Origin: an uncultured Pirellulaceae bacterium
GTDB taxonomy: Bacteria; Planctomycetota; Planctomycetia; Pirellulales; Pirellulaceae
DNA: 64,000 nt
Direction of reading: 5' to 3'
Assembly: GCA_964478065.1 (NCBI GenBank)
Contig: CAYZGP010000003.1
Span: forward strand, 1,684 to 65,683
Position 1 is the first letter of the stretch, and every line of letters starts with the position of its first letter. The notes beneath the pieces were generated by a model. It was given only the letters and a program-made list of their open reading frames with translations. It did no database searches and was not told the origin of the DNA. Below are positions 29,966-39,359 of the stretch, one piece after another. The translations under genes and the position numbers were made by a program.

Positions 29966-31081
29966 TTGTTAACCGTTATTTTTAAAATGCAAATTGGCGA
30001 TTGGAATTATCTTTACCTTTTCGTAGCCGTCGCAATCGCAGTTGCGGTGTTGGTTTATGGAATCGTTGTGCGCCAGATTGCCGCCCAAAAATTTGCGGCG
30101 GCCAAAGTTCGCCAGCAACTGATCCCAAATCAGACCGGAAGAAAGATCCTGTCTGGATTTTTGGTGCTTTCGAGTTTGGCACTGATGGCGATCGCGATGT
30201 TGGATATTCGTTGGGGCAAAACTTGGCAAGAGGTTCCGCAAAAAGGAATTGAAGTCATGTTCGCGCTGGATATTTCACGCAGCATGCTGGCCGAAGACAC
30301 TTCGCCCAATCGTTTGTCCCGCGCGAAACAGCAAATCAGCGACTTGGTCGACGAGATGATGGGGGATCGCGTGGGGCTGGTTGTTTTTGCTGGCGAAACA
30401 AGGCAGTCTGTTCCGCTGACGACACACTACGACGACTTCAAGCAAATTCTGGAGACTGTTGGGCCGCACACGGTTCGGCGCGGTGGTTCGAAATTGGGCG
30501 ATGCCCTGACCGCAGCTTCCGAGGGATTTATCAGCAAAACCAATGACCATAAAGCGATCGTGATTTTTACAGACGGTGAAGACCAGGAAAGTAGGCCCGT
30601 TGAAGTCGCTCAGACGCTTCACAAAGAAACTGGAGTTCGAATTTTTACCGTCGGTCTAGGCGATTTCGATAAAGGATCCCTTATTCCCGACGACGCATCA
30701 AAAGCCGGCGGATATCTCAAGCATGAGGGTGAGCAGGTCTGGTCGAAAATGAATGGCGAGATTTTGTCTCAGATCGCAACCGAAACCAACGGCGCATATA
30801 TTCCGGCGGGTACAAAACGTGTCAACATGTCCGCCGTCTATCACAACTACATCGCCAATGTAGAACAGACTGAATTTGAAACCGCCAAGATCAATACTCA
30901 CATCGCCCGGTTTCAATGGTTCGCGCTTCCCGCACTTGTATTGCTGTTGCTCGAAGTCTGGTTGGCGACACGATTCAAACGAGAATCGCACTTGAAGCAA
31001 AACAATGAAGCGGGAAATAATGAAGCAGGAAACAATGAGATTTCTGGCTCAATTCCGACCACCAAACAAAGGGCAGCTTAA
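29966..31081 (+). CDS. batB: VWA domain protein BatB
   Basis: ALDISRSMLAEDTSPNRLSRAK, DRVGLVVFAG, PLTTHY, IFTDGEDQE, FQWF. Confidence 0.88.
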   Translation: MLTVIFKMQIGDWNYLYLFVAVAIAVAVLVYGIVVRQIAAQKFAAAKVRQQLIPNQTGRKILSGFLVLSSLALMAIAMLDIRWGKTWQEVPQKGIEVMFALDISRSMLAEDTSPNRLSRAKQQISDLVDEMMGDRVGLVVFAGETRQSVPLTTHYDDFKQILETVGPHTVRRGGSKLGDALTAASEGFISKTNDHKAIVIFTDGEDQESRPVEVAQTLHKETGVRIFTVGLGDFDKGSLIPDDASKAGGYLKHEGEQVWSKMNGEILSQIATETNGAYIPAGTKRVNMSAVYHNYIANVEQTEFETAKINTHIARFQWFALPALVLLLLEVWLATRFKRESHLKQNNEAGNNEAGNNEISGSIPTTKQRAA

Positions 31082-32289
31082 TGAAAACGATTAACGCAAA
31101 AGTGCCAACAGTTTGTTTCGTGATGTTTGTTGTTGCGATTCAAATGAGCGGCCCACCGTTTGTGTCGGTTGCAAATTCGCAATCAACAAATCCTGATACC
31201 AAAACGGCAGCCGTTGATCCAGCCGCCGAAATCAACGCGGCCAATCAGCTTGTACGAGACGGTAAATTCACGGACGCAATTGATGCTTACTCGGCAATCG
31301 AAGCGCCCGAAACGAGCGACCAATTGGATTACAACTTGGCGATTGCGCACTACCGTAACGGTGACTTTGACGCTGCGGCGACGCTGTTTTCAAAAGTCGC
31401 GGGTGCCGCCGATTCGTTGGCCAACAAAAGCCAATACAACTTGGGTAATTGTCACTATGCCAAATCGCTCAAGCGTATCCAGCCAACTCAGCAGCAGGCA
31501 CAACAAGAGCTTAAACCGGCGGTCAAAGAAGCCGCGATTTCAGATCTCCGTTCCGCCATTTTGGCTTATCGCGGGTCGTTGCGTGGCAATCCTGACAATG
31601 CCGATGCCCGTGCGAATATTGAATTGGCAGTCGAACTGATTAAGAAACTTGAGGAAGAAACTCCGCCAGAGGACGAGAAAGAGGACGAGAAAGAAGAACA
31701 AGAGAAAAAGGATCAGGAGAATCAACAGAACGAGGATCAGAAGCAAGACGAACAACAACAAGACGAACAACAAGAAAATAAAGAAGGCCAGGGAAAAGAC
31801 GATCAAAAAGGCGAGCCTGACAAAGAGCAAAAGCAGGACGGCGACGACGAAAAAGCTGAGAACAAAGACGACAACGAGCAAGAAAAGAACGACGAAAAAA
31901 ATAAGCCAGGCGAGAATCAAGACGAGCAAAAGCCCAACCAGGAAAATGGGAAAGACGGCAAGGAAGACGACCAACAGCAACAACAAAATTCCAGCAACGA
32001 TGAACCTGGCAAAGAAGAACCTGGCAAAGAGCAGCAAGGCAAAGAGGAGCAAGAAAAAGAAGGCAAGAAACCACCTGCTGGCGAGCTGACTTCAGAAAAT
32101 CAGCAAGATCAAAAGGAAACAGACGCTGCGGAGGCGGTTGCACAAGAAGGCGAAGAGAAAATGAAACTGATGACCAATCAGGAAGCTTTAAAAATGCTTC
32201 AGGCTGTTCGAGACCGAGATATGCTTCGTCGTTTTCAACTTCAACAACGCGAACGGTCCCGACGGATTCCTGTCGACAAAGATTGGTAG
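31081..32289 (+). CDS. batC: TPR protein BatC with long acidic Q/E/K/D linker
   Basis: YNLAIAHYRNGDF, YNLGNCHY, DARANIEL, low-complexity linker, C-terminal EALKMLQAV...PVDKDW. Confidence 0.85.
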   Translation: MKTINAKVPTVCFVMFVVAIQMSGPPFVSVANSQSTNPDTKTAAVDPAAEINAANQLVRDGKFTDAIDAYSAIEAPETSDQLDYNLAIAHYRNGDFDAAATLFSKVAGAADSLANKSQYNLGNCHYAKSLKRIQPTQQQAQQELKPAVKEAAISDLRSAILAYRGSLRGNPDNADARANIELAVELIKKLEEETPPEDEKEDEKEEQEKKDQENQQNEDQKQDEQQQDEQQENKEGQGKDDQKGEPDKEQKQDGDDEKAENKDDNEQEKNDEKNKPGENQDEQKPNQENGKDGKEDDQQQQQNSSNDEPGKEEPGKEQQGKEEQEKEGKKPPAGELTSENQQDQKETDAAEAVAQEGEEKMKLMTNQEALKMLQAVRDRDMLRRFQLQQRERSRRIPVDKDW

Positions 32290-32315
32290 CGTAAGCAAGT
32301 TCCAAAGCAAGAAAA

Positions 32316-35093
32316 ATGACACCGAAATATTACATCACGAAATTCTTGTTCGTTGCCGTCTTTGCGATCGTTGCGTCGGTCGGCACCGATGCGTCCGCGC
32401 AAAAAGTCGACGTACGCATTTCCTCGCGCGAGGCCTACGTTGGATCGCCGTTGTCTCTGGAGATCACCATTCGTAACGCCAAGAAATACGAAACGCCGAT
32501 CATCCCGGCCATCGATGGATGCGATGTCAAATCAGGTGGCACACCCTCTCGCAGTTCGCAACTTACGATCTTCAACGGGCGTAGAAGCGAAAGCCAAAGC
32601 GTCACGATGAGATACTTTATTACACCCAGAAAAGAAGGAACGTTTGAGATTTCCGAGTTTTCAATTGTTGTCGATGGCAAAAAGAATGTCGTCGCACCAA
32701 TCGAATTCATCGCCAAAAAAAGCGAAACGGGCGACCTGCTATTCGTCGAAATCGAAGGCGGAAAAGAGAAAGTCTACGTTGGTGAAGAACTGGATCAGAC
32801 TTTGAAAATCTGGATCAAACCTTTTGTTGATCGCAAGAACAAGATCACACTATCAGAAGGCAATATGTGGCAGATGATATCGGAACAGACGTCGTGGGGA
32901 AGTTTCGCCGAGTCGCTTAAGGAGATGGCGCAACTCAATCGTCGTCCCTCTGGAAAAGAAGTCTTGCGAGTTGATGAGAAAGGCAGAAGGCGATCTTATT
33001 ACCTGTATGAATTCGAAGCCAAAACGTATCCAACTCGACCAGGGAGTATTTCTGCTGACGACGTTCAGATCGTTGTGGATTACCCGGAATCAATCGGGCG
33101 CTCCCGCGATCCGTTTGATAATTTATTTTCCAGATCAGCATTTGCCCGTCGGCTTGCCGTGACCTCGTCGCGACCCATTGTTGCCGAAGCAATGGTTGAC
33201 TCGACAGAAGTATTGCCGATCCCAACGCTCGGCCGACCAAGCGATTATCGCGGTGCGGTGGGCGAATATAAGCTTGCTGTGGTCGCGGCAAAGAAAACAG
33301 CCAGTGCTGGAGATCCGATTTCTTTGACCATTGGAATCCGCGGCGATGGCCCAATGGAATTGGTTCAGGCACCGCCGCTTTCTGAGTTGCCCGCACTCAC
33401 CAAGGACTTCAAAGTCTCAGATAAACCATTGGCAGGTTTGGTCCAAGACTCAACCAAAGCCTTCACTGCCAGCGTCCGACCGAGACGCGCCGGGATCAAG
33501 GAAATTCCTGCTATTCCATTCAGCTTTTTCGATCCCAAATCCGAATCGTTCAAAACGATTTACAGTGACCCGATTTCAATCGAAGTGACAGAGTCGGAAA
33601 CGTTGGCACTGGATTCGATTGTCGGAAAATCTAGAGGAGACAAAGGTGAATCGGACAGCAAACAAGTTGAGCTTGCCGCCGATGGTCCCGATTTCGCAAA
33701 TCATACTTCCGTGTCTGCCTTGAATTCGCAAACACGCCGAGGGAGAATTGGATGGGTTCCTCTGGTCGTGATACCGCCTTTGGTGTGGCTGGCGTCACTG
33801 ATTTTCACACGACGTGGCTCCGTTTTGGCCGGACTTCCAAATTTCAAATCGGCCAAAACACGATGCCGCGGCGCGATCGATGGGGCTTCCACGTATGACG
33901 AATTGGTGGCGGCACTAACACGGTTTGTCTCAGAGAGTCTTAAGGAACGTTGCCCAACGCCGCTGGCTGCGATCGGTGTTTTACGAACGACCGGATTGCC
34001 TACAACGGCCAATGAGCTGGAGTTGTTTTTCTCCAATTGCGAACGGGGAGACTTCAAATTTAGCGGGCGGAGTTTCGAAGAAATTCAACGAGAAGCAAAG
34101 TTTTTTACAACGAAAATTGAAACGGAACTTGAATCTTCAGGGAAAGTGTCAGGGCGAAAATTGAAGAGTCTTTCTCGCAAATCAAAATCATCTGTTACTC
34201 GACTAATCGGAAGAATCGTTGGCATGATTCTGTTTGTGTTGTCCATTCAACTGGGGCAGTCAAGCTTTGGCGATGATGCAAAAAATGAAAACGAAAGCTC
34301 GGCAGTTAGTTTGGTGACGCTTTCTGAATCCCAGCGCCAATCAGTTTTCGCGGAAGCAAACGAGCTGTATCTCGCAGCGCAAGAAAGTGCCAAAACAGAT
34401 TCGGCTGAAGCGACCGAAGGGTTTGCGAACGCTTCCGCCAAGTACCAAATGCTTGTCGATTCGGGTGTTGCCAATCGAAAGCTGTTTATCAATTTGGGAA
34501 ATGCTTATCTTCAATCCGGGAAGCTTGGCCACGCGATTGCGAATTACCAGCGTGCGAAATCATTGGATCCGTTTGATCAACAAGTCGAATTGAACTTGCG
34601 TTTCGCATTTTCAAAAGTCAAAGGACTCGATGAGGCGAAGGAGCCTGCTGTTGTTCAAGGCCGTTGGGGGATGATCGTTAAAAATATTCAAATGGTCAAC
34701 GATTGGCTGATCGGTACGGTTGGACGAGCGGCGATTTTTTGGACTTTGGGCCTCGTCTCGGTCCTGTTTTGGGGGCTTCTGATTGTCAAGAATTTTGGAT
34801 GGCGAATTCCGGTTTGGAGTTTGGCTTGGTTGCCGTTGTTGCTCCTCGCCGTAACGTTGACATCAGTTTTGTTGGATGAAACCGAAACGGTAGCGAACAG
34901 GCTTGGGATCGTTGTTGCAGATCAATTGGTTCTGCGAGCCGGGAACGGCGAACATTTTGAAACCGTCTCAACAGTCGATTCGGCTGAAGGCCACTCTGTA
35001 AAAGTAATCAGCCGTCGGGCAGATTGGATTCAAATTGAAACAACCAAGGGCAAAGTTGGCTGGGTTTCTGCAAAACGAATTGTAGAAGTTTAG
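32316..35093 (+). CDS. batD: BatD fused to a BatE-like TPR-TM-SH3 module
   Basis: BatD repeats (YVGEELDQTLKI; GAVGEYKL...GDPISLTIGIRGDG; PAIPFSFFDP). Then TPR (LFINLGNAYLQSGKLGHAIANYQRAKSLDP), two TM helices and an SH3-like end (VISRRADWIQIETTKGKVGWV). Confidence 0.85.
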   Translation: MTPKYYITKFLFVAVFAIVASVGTDASAQKVDVRISSREAYVGSPLSLEITIRNAKKYETPIIPAIDGCDVKSGGTPSRSSQLTIFNGRRSESQSVTMRYFITPRKEGTFEISEFSIVVDGKKNVVAPIEFIAKKSETGDLLFVEIEGGKEKVYVGEELDQTLKIWIKPFVDRKNKITLSEGNMWQMISEQTSWGSFAESLKEMAQLNRRPSGKEVLRVDEKGRRRSYYLYEFEAKTYPTRPGSISADDVQIVVDYPESIGRSRDPFDNLFSRSAFARRLAVTSSRPIVAEAMVDSTEVLPIPTLGRPSDYRGAVGEYKLAVVAAKKTASAGDPISLTIGIRGDGPMELVQAPPLSELPALTKDFKVSDKPLAGLVQDSTKAFTASVRPRRAGIKEIPAIPFSFFDPKSESFKTIYSDPISIEVTESETLALDSIVGKSRGDKGESDSKQVELAADGPDFANHTSVSALNSQTRRGRIGWVPLVVIPPLVWLASLIFTRRGSVLAGLPNFKSAKTRCRGAIDGASTYDELVAALTRFVSESLKERCPTPLAAIGVLRTTGLPTTANELELFFSNCERGDFKFSGRSFEEIQREAKFFTTKIETELESSGKVSGRKLKSLSRKSKSSVTRLIGRIVGMILFVLSIQLGQSSFGDDAKNENESSAVSLVTLSESQRQSVFAEANELYLAAQESAKTDSAEATEGFANASAKYQMLVDSGVANRKLFINLGNAYLQSGKLGHAIANYQRAKSLDPFDQQVELNLRFAFSKVKGLDEAKEPAVVQGRWGMIVKNIQMVNDWLIGTVGRAAIFWTLGLVSVLFWGLLIVKNFGWRIPVWSLAWLPLLLLAVTLTSVLLDETETVANRLGIVVADQLVLRAGNGEHFETVSTVDSAEGHSVKVISRRADWIQIETTKGKVGWVSAKRIVEV

Positions 35094-35133
35094 GTGTTGA
35101 GTTTGGAGATCAAGTCCAGCGAAACAACGGGCA

Positions 35134-36126
35134 TTATTTGTGAATCGCTTCAGAGAGCTTTTCAATTTTTTCGAAGTCAACAACGCCCGCCATGAATTTT
35201 TTCAAATCGCCTTCCACGAATGAGTCTTTTTTCGCCGCGTAGACTGCAACTTGAATTTTGCCGACGAGAAAAGTCAGGTTGGTTTTTGAGGAGGAAATAA
35301 TCGGGTATTTCTCCTGGAACATTTCCCGCTTTTGGTTTCCGTAGTTGTATGCATTGGCAATAACCAACGAAATGTTGACGCTTCGTTTATCGTCATCCAA
35401 ATATCCCATTGCTACTTGGCAATGAGAGTATTGGCCATTGATGTGCTTCAGTTTCAAATTGGAAAAATCGCCACTCCCCTGCTCTCTCATGATCAAACGA
35501 AAGTGCTCGCCGAAAGGTTTGTTTTCGCCACGATAAGTCATCTGAATTTCTGAAATTTGTTCAGATACCGGTTTGTAAAGTCCCTTTCGGGTTTCTTCAA
35601 GTTCCGCAACTTTCTCTTTTGAGTTGGCGATCGCTTTTTCTTTTCCGTCTGGGTTCATGTCGGTCAGTGCGTCTTCAATTCTGTTGATCTGAGCCAGTCT
35701 TTTGTTCAGCCGCTCTCGTTCTCTTCGGATCATTGCGAGCGTTTTGTCGTCGGCTTTTTCCAGCGACGAGATGATGTTTCGCTCGGTTGACATTTTGGAA
35801 TACAACGCTTGGGATGCTTTCTGGTGTTCGTCGTTTAGTGGTTTGATTTCCGTACGGTACACATTTGCGCTTTCTTTGACGGCTTCCAAAAGTGCGTCTT
35901 CGGGAGACTGTTCAGCCACTTCATCGGCTTCCGCTTTTTGTGCGTCTTGCGCTCCGGTTGTTTGGCCGCTCAGGCGATTACATGGGAGAAAAAAAGCAAC
36001 CCCAAGAATTACGACGGTTGGCCAAACGCAACGCTGTACAAAAGTAGTCATGGACTCACCGGAAAATAAGAGCTTGTCAAAATGCGATTTGATAAAAGCG
36101 AGTTTGTCGCTTTTGGTTGCTACCAA
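35134..36126 (-). CDS. Hypothetical exported coiled-coil protein
   Basis: 330-aa ORF with signal-like segment (VWPTVVILGVAFFLPC), a long charged helical region and a C-terminal globular part. No family recognised. Confidence 0.65.
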   Translation of the reverse strand: MVATKSDKLAFIKSHFDKLLFSGESMTTFVQRCVWPTVVILGVAFFLPCNRLSGQTTGAQDAQKAEADEVAEQSPEDALLEAVKESANVYRTEIKPLNDEHQKASQALYSKMSTERNIISSLEKADDKTLAMIRRERERLNKRLAQINRIEDALTDMNPDGKEKAIANSKEKVAELEETRKGLYKPVSEQISEIQMTYRGENKPFGEHFRLIMREQGSGDFSNLKLKHINGQYSHCQVAMGYLDDDKRSVNISLVIANAYNYGNQKREMFQEKYPIISSSKTNLTFLVGKIQVAVYAAKKDSFVEGDLKKFMAGVVDFEKIEKLSEAIHK

Positions 36127-36189
36127 GCGTACTCTGCCTGTCCAAACAATTCAATTCGCGTGTGATTCTCATGGATTTGCGTTGTCGGT

Positions 36190-37380
36190 TTATTGCTTTT
36201 TTGGTGCGACAAAGGCAGGGATCTCACCATCGCCAGTTGGCTCGCCTTTTATTAGCCAGCTCAAATTGAATTTTGCCATTTGCGAGCCGCGTTTACCATT
36301 GTTTGGCGGGCCACCTTCGAAATGCAAATAAATTGCGCCTTCGCTGGGCGTATTAGGACGACCCGCGTTAAGCGAAGAGTATGCGCTTGGGCCATCGTAA
36401 ACCAAACGCTTAACTGGCCAGGATTTTCCGCCATCAAAACTGGCCCAAACAGTTGCTCGTTCTCGTTTTGCTTTTTCCGTATCGATGTTGCTAAAGATCA
36501 AAATGTCTTTGCCTTCAATTGGAAGACGTACTAGTCCACCCATGCAGCCATAGGACCGATGTTGGTGACCGTCGGGTAGGATGTCGATGATCTTAAAATT
36601 CTTCCAAGTCTGTCCGCCATCGTCACTGATCGCGCTGCGGCGGCGCGTGTTTTTTGGACGTTCTTGCCAATGCACTCGCGAATTGTAATAGAGCGTGCCA
36701 TCGGAAAGTTCGGCAATCGTCGCTTCGCCTGTTCCATTTTCAGGAAACGGGTCGCTGGTGTGCCATGTTGCGCCGTGATCGTCGCTGAAGATCGCATTGG
36801 TGTAATGGTTCGGCCATTCGGATTTGTCATTTTTCTCGCCGTAGTATCGCGACGCACGAATCAATCTTCCCGCATGTTTTCCATGCCGAAGCGTAATTCC
36901 ATGTTCGTTCATGTGCATCGAAGGAACGTGGCCTTTGTGGTCTGCGTTGATGGTCGTTTTGAAAAGTTCCCAGTTTTTCCCGTCGTCCTGGCTGCGAAAA
37001 ACTTGTAGCGGCGCAGGTGGATGGCCGTCTTCTGCAAAAACAAAAATATCGCCGTTGGCTTCGTTGACGATCGTGCCACCGCCATGAATGCCCGCGTCTG
37101 CAATCTTGATTGGATCGCCCCAGGTCTTGCCGCCGTCTTCACTTCGACACGCGTGGATGCTGCTGCTACCCCATGTGGCGAGCACGGTTCCGTTTAAGGT
37201 GACGACGACATTGGGAAAACGTTGGTCTTTGAATAGCGCTTGGATCTCACATTCGGGCTCGCCCAAAAACGAATCAACCGGCCCTTCAAGATTTGAATCG
37301 GGTTTGTCAGTCTGCGCCAGTCCTGCGATCGGCGTTAGAATCATCCAGAACGAAAAAGTAAATATCGTCGCGAGTTTCAC
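36190..37380 (-). CDS. Sialidase-family (BNR/Asp-box) beta-propeller
   Basis: Five Asp-boxes: SEDGGKTW, SQDDGKNW, SDDHGATW, SDDGGQTW, SFDGGKSW. SAYS near the C-terminus. GTG 37380 gives a signal peptide (track start 37455). Confidence 0.88.
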   Translation of the reverse strand: MKLATIFTFSFWMILTPIAGLAQTDKPDSNLEGPVDSFLGEPECEIQALFKDQRFPNVVVTLNGTVLATWGSSSIHACRSEDGGKTWGDPIKIADAGIHGGGTIVNEANGDIFVFAEDGHPPAPLQVFRSQDDGKNWELFKTTINADHKGHVPSMHMNEHGITLRHGKHAGRLIRASRYYGEKNDKSEWPNHYTNAIFSDDHGATWHTSDPFPENGTGEATIAELSDGTLYYNSRVHWQERPKNTRRRSAISDDGGQTWKNFKIIDILPDGHQHRSYGCMGGLVRLPIEGKDILIFSNIDTEKAKRERATVWASFDGGKSWPVKRLVYDGPSAYSSLNAGRPNTPSEGAIYLHFEGGPPNNGKRGSQMAKFNLSWLIKGEPTGDGEIPAFVAPKKQ

Positions 37381-37503
37381 GTTATGATCCTTACTGGGAG
37401 TGTTGGAATCATCATGGTACACAGATTTAGGTGCATCGCGTTCCCCAGCAAACAAAAGTTGTGATACAGTGGGGCTGGAAAGATCACTTTTAAAGGACGT
37501 TTT

Positions 37504-39192
37504 ATGTTCAGACTTTTTCGATTCTCATTGGCCGCAATTTTTGTCGCCATTCTGGCAACGCCGTTTGTTCAACCGACTTTGGGCCAAAAAGCCAAGGACG
37601 ATCGCACCGTAGACGATCCTGCGAGTCTGGCGAAATATGTTTCGGTAAAACTTGAATCTGACCTCAGCCACCTTAGCGACAATCAACGGAAAATGATTCC
37701 TTTGCTGATCGAAGCCGCACAGGAAATGGACAAAGCGTTTTGGCGACAGGCTTATGGGAATCCCGAAAAAATTGCGTATCCCAATGGGCTTTCCGAGTCG
37801 ACTTTAACCGCGTTGAAAAACCATGTTCGGGTCAATTATGGGCCTTGGGACCGACTGCAGGAGAATCGAAAATTTCTATCCACTGCTAAAGACAAAGCAC
37901 CCGGCGCTCAATTTTATCCGAGCGACATGACCAAAGAAATGTTTGAGAGTCAGGTTGAAGGCAATCCGGATTTGAAGAGCCTTTATACGATCGTTCGTTG
38001 GGAAGAAGACAAGAAAAAATTGCGAACGATCCCGTATAACGAATTTTTCAAGCAGGAGTTTGGAACGGCTGCAGAAAAACTTCGAGCTGCCGCTGAGCTT
38101 GCTGAAGACGCTGGGTTCAAAGCTTATTTGACTGCTCGCGCCGACGCATTGATGAGCAATGAATATCAAGCGAGCGATTTTGCCTGGATGGAAATGAAAA
38201 CCAACAAGCTCGACATTGTGATTGGCCCGATCGAAAATTACGAAGACCAACTGTACGGCTACAAAACAGCTTGCGAAGCCTATGTTTTGGTCAAAGACTT
38301 GAGTTGGAGCGAGCGTTTGCAAAAGTATGCGGCGATGTTGCCAGAGTTACAGGTCGGTTTGCCGGTTGATGAAAAATACAAACAGGAAAAACCAGGAACC
38401 AACTCGGATTTGAATGCTTACGATGTCGTTTACTATGCGGGCGATTGCAATTCGGGATCTAAAACGATTGCGATCAATCTTCCTAATGATGAAGAAGTTC
38501 AGTTGAAAAAAGGCTCGCGTCGGTTGCAGTTAAAGAACTCAATGCGTGCCAAGTTTGACCAAATCCTTGTGCCCATTGCGGATCTGCTAATCGTTCCCGA
38601 GCAACGAAAGCACATTACGTTCAACGCTTTCTTTTCAAACACGATGTTCCATGAAGTTGCCCATGGTTTAGGGATCAAAACGACGATTACTGGTAACGGC
38701 CGAGTTCGAGACGCACTACGCGAAGTTTCTGGAGCCCTTGAAGAAGGAAAAGCAGATGTGCTCGGATTGTATATGGTGACTAAGTTGCTTGAAAAAGGCG
38801 ACATCAGTGAAGGGACTTTGGAGGACTTTTACATCACATTCATGGCTGGAATTTTTCGAAGCGTACGATTTGGGGCAAGCAGCGCTCACGGTAAAGCGAA
38901 CATGATTCGGTTTAATTTCTTTGAAGATCTCGGCGCTTTTACCCGCGAAGAATCCGGACGGTACCGCGTCAATATGGACAAAATGAAAATTGCTGTTGAG
39001 GCTTTGTCGAGAGAGATTTTGACGCTCCAAGGGAACGGTGATTACGAAGCCGCCAAAAAGTTTGCCGAGGACAAGGGGTTTGTGGGCGAAGTTTTGAAAG
39101 CCGATCTCGGTCGTGTTAACCAACGTGGTATTCCAACGGATATTGTGTTTGAGCAAGGCGTTGAAGTGCTGGGGCTTTCAAGTTCGAAGTGA
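37504..39192 (+). CDS. Zn-dependent peptidase M49 (DPP III-like)
   Basis: HEVAHGLG plus LEEGKADV, IGPIENYED, KTIAINLPND, signal peptide. Confidence 0.88.
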   Translation: MFRLFRFSLAAIFVAILATPFVQPTLGQKAKDDRTVDDPASLAKYVSVKLESDLSHLSDNQRKMIPLLIEAAQEMDKAFWRQAYGNPEKIAYPNGLSESTLTALKNHVRVNYGPWDRLQENRKFLSTAKDKAPGAQFYPSDMTKEMFESQVEGNPDLKSLYTIVRWEEDKKKLRTIPYNEFFKQEFGTAAEKLRAAAELAEDAGFKAYLTARADALMSNEYQASDFAWMEMKTNKLDIVIGPIENYEDQLYGYKTACEAYVLVKDLSWSERLQKYAAMLPELQVGLPVDEKYKQEKPGTNSDLNAYDVVYYAGDCNSGSKTIAINLPNDEEVQLKKGSRRLQLKNSMRAKFDQILVPIADLLIVPEQRKHITFNAFFSNTMFHEVAHGLGIKTTITGNGRVRDALREVSGALEEGKADVLGLYMVTKLLEKGDISEGTLEDFYITFMAGIFRSVRFGASSAHGKANMIRFNFFEDLGAFTREESGRYRVNMDKMKIAVEALSREILTLQGNGDYEAAKKFAEDKGFVGEVLKADLGRVNQRGIPTDIVFEQGVEVLGLSSSK

Positions 39193-39208
39193 TTTGAACG
39201 CAATGGAA

Positions 39209-39285
39209 ACCGACGCATAAGTGCATGTGCGTCGGTAAGCGCACAACGCGTCGGGTTCCCACACTCCCTCGCTTACGCTGCGGAT
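39209..39285. repeat. REP-like palindromic cluster after the M49 gene
   Basis: Hairpin ACCGACGCA-N10-TGCGTCGGT (39209-39236), ACGCGTCGGGTT (39246-39257) and CCCTCGCTTACGCTGCGGAT (39266-39285). A related motif lies at 55064. Confidence 0.5.
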
Positions 39286-39359
39286 CTGTTAAAGTTCGCG
39301 CGTGTTTGTTACGACCAGTTGCTTTGTGCTTTTTCCGTATCCCTTTTTCGAAAAAACTG

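Noticed and set aside
31540-32305. Hydrophobic 170-aa and 221-aa antisense ORFs
   Set aside because: Mirror images of the GAA/CAA/GAC-rich low-complexity region of batC.
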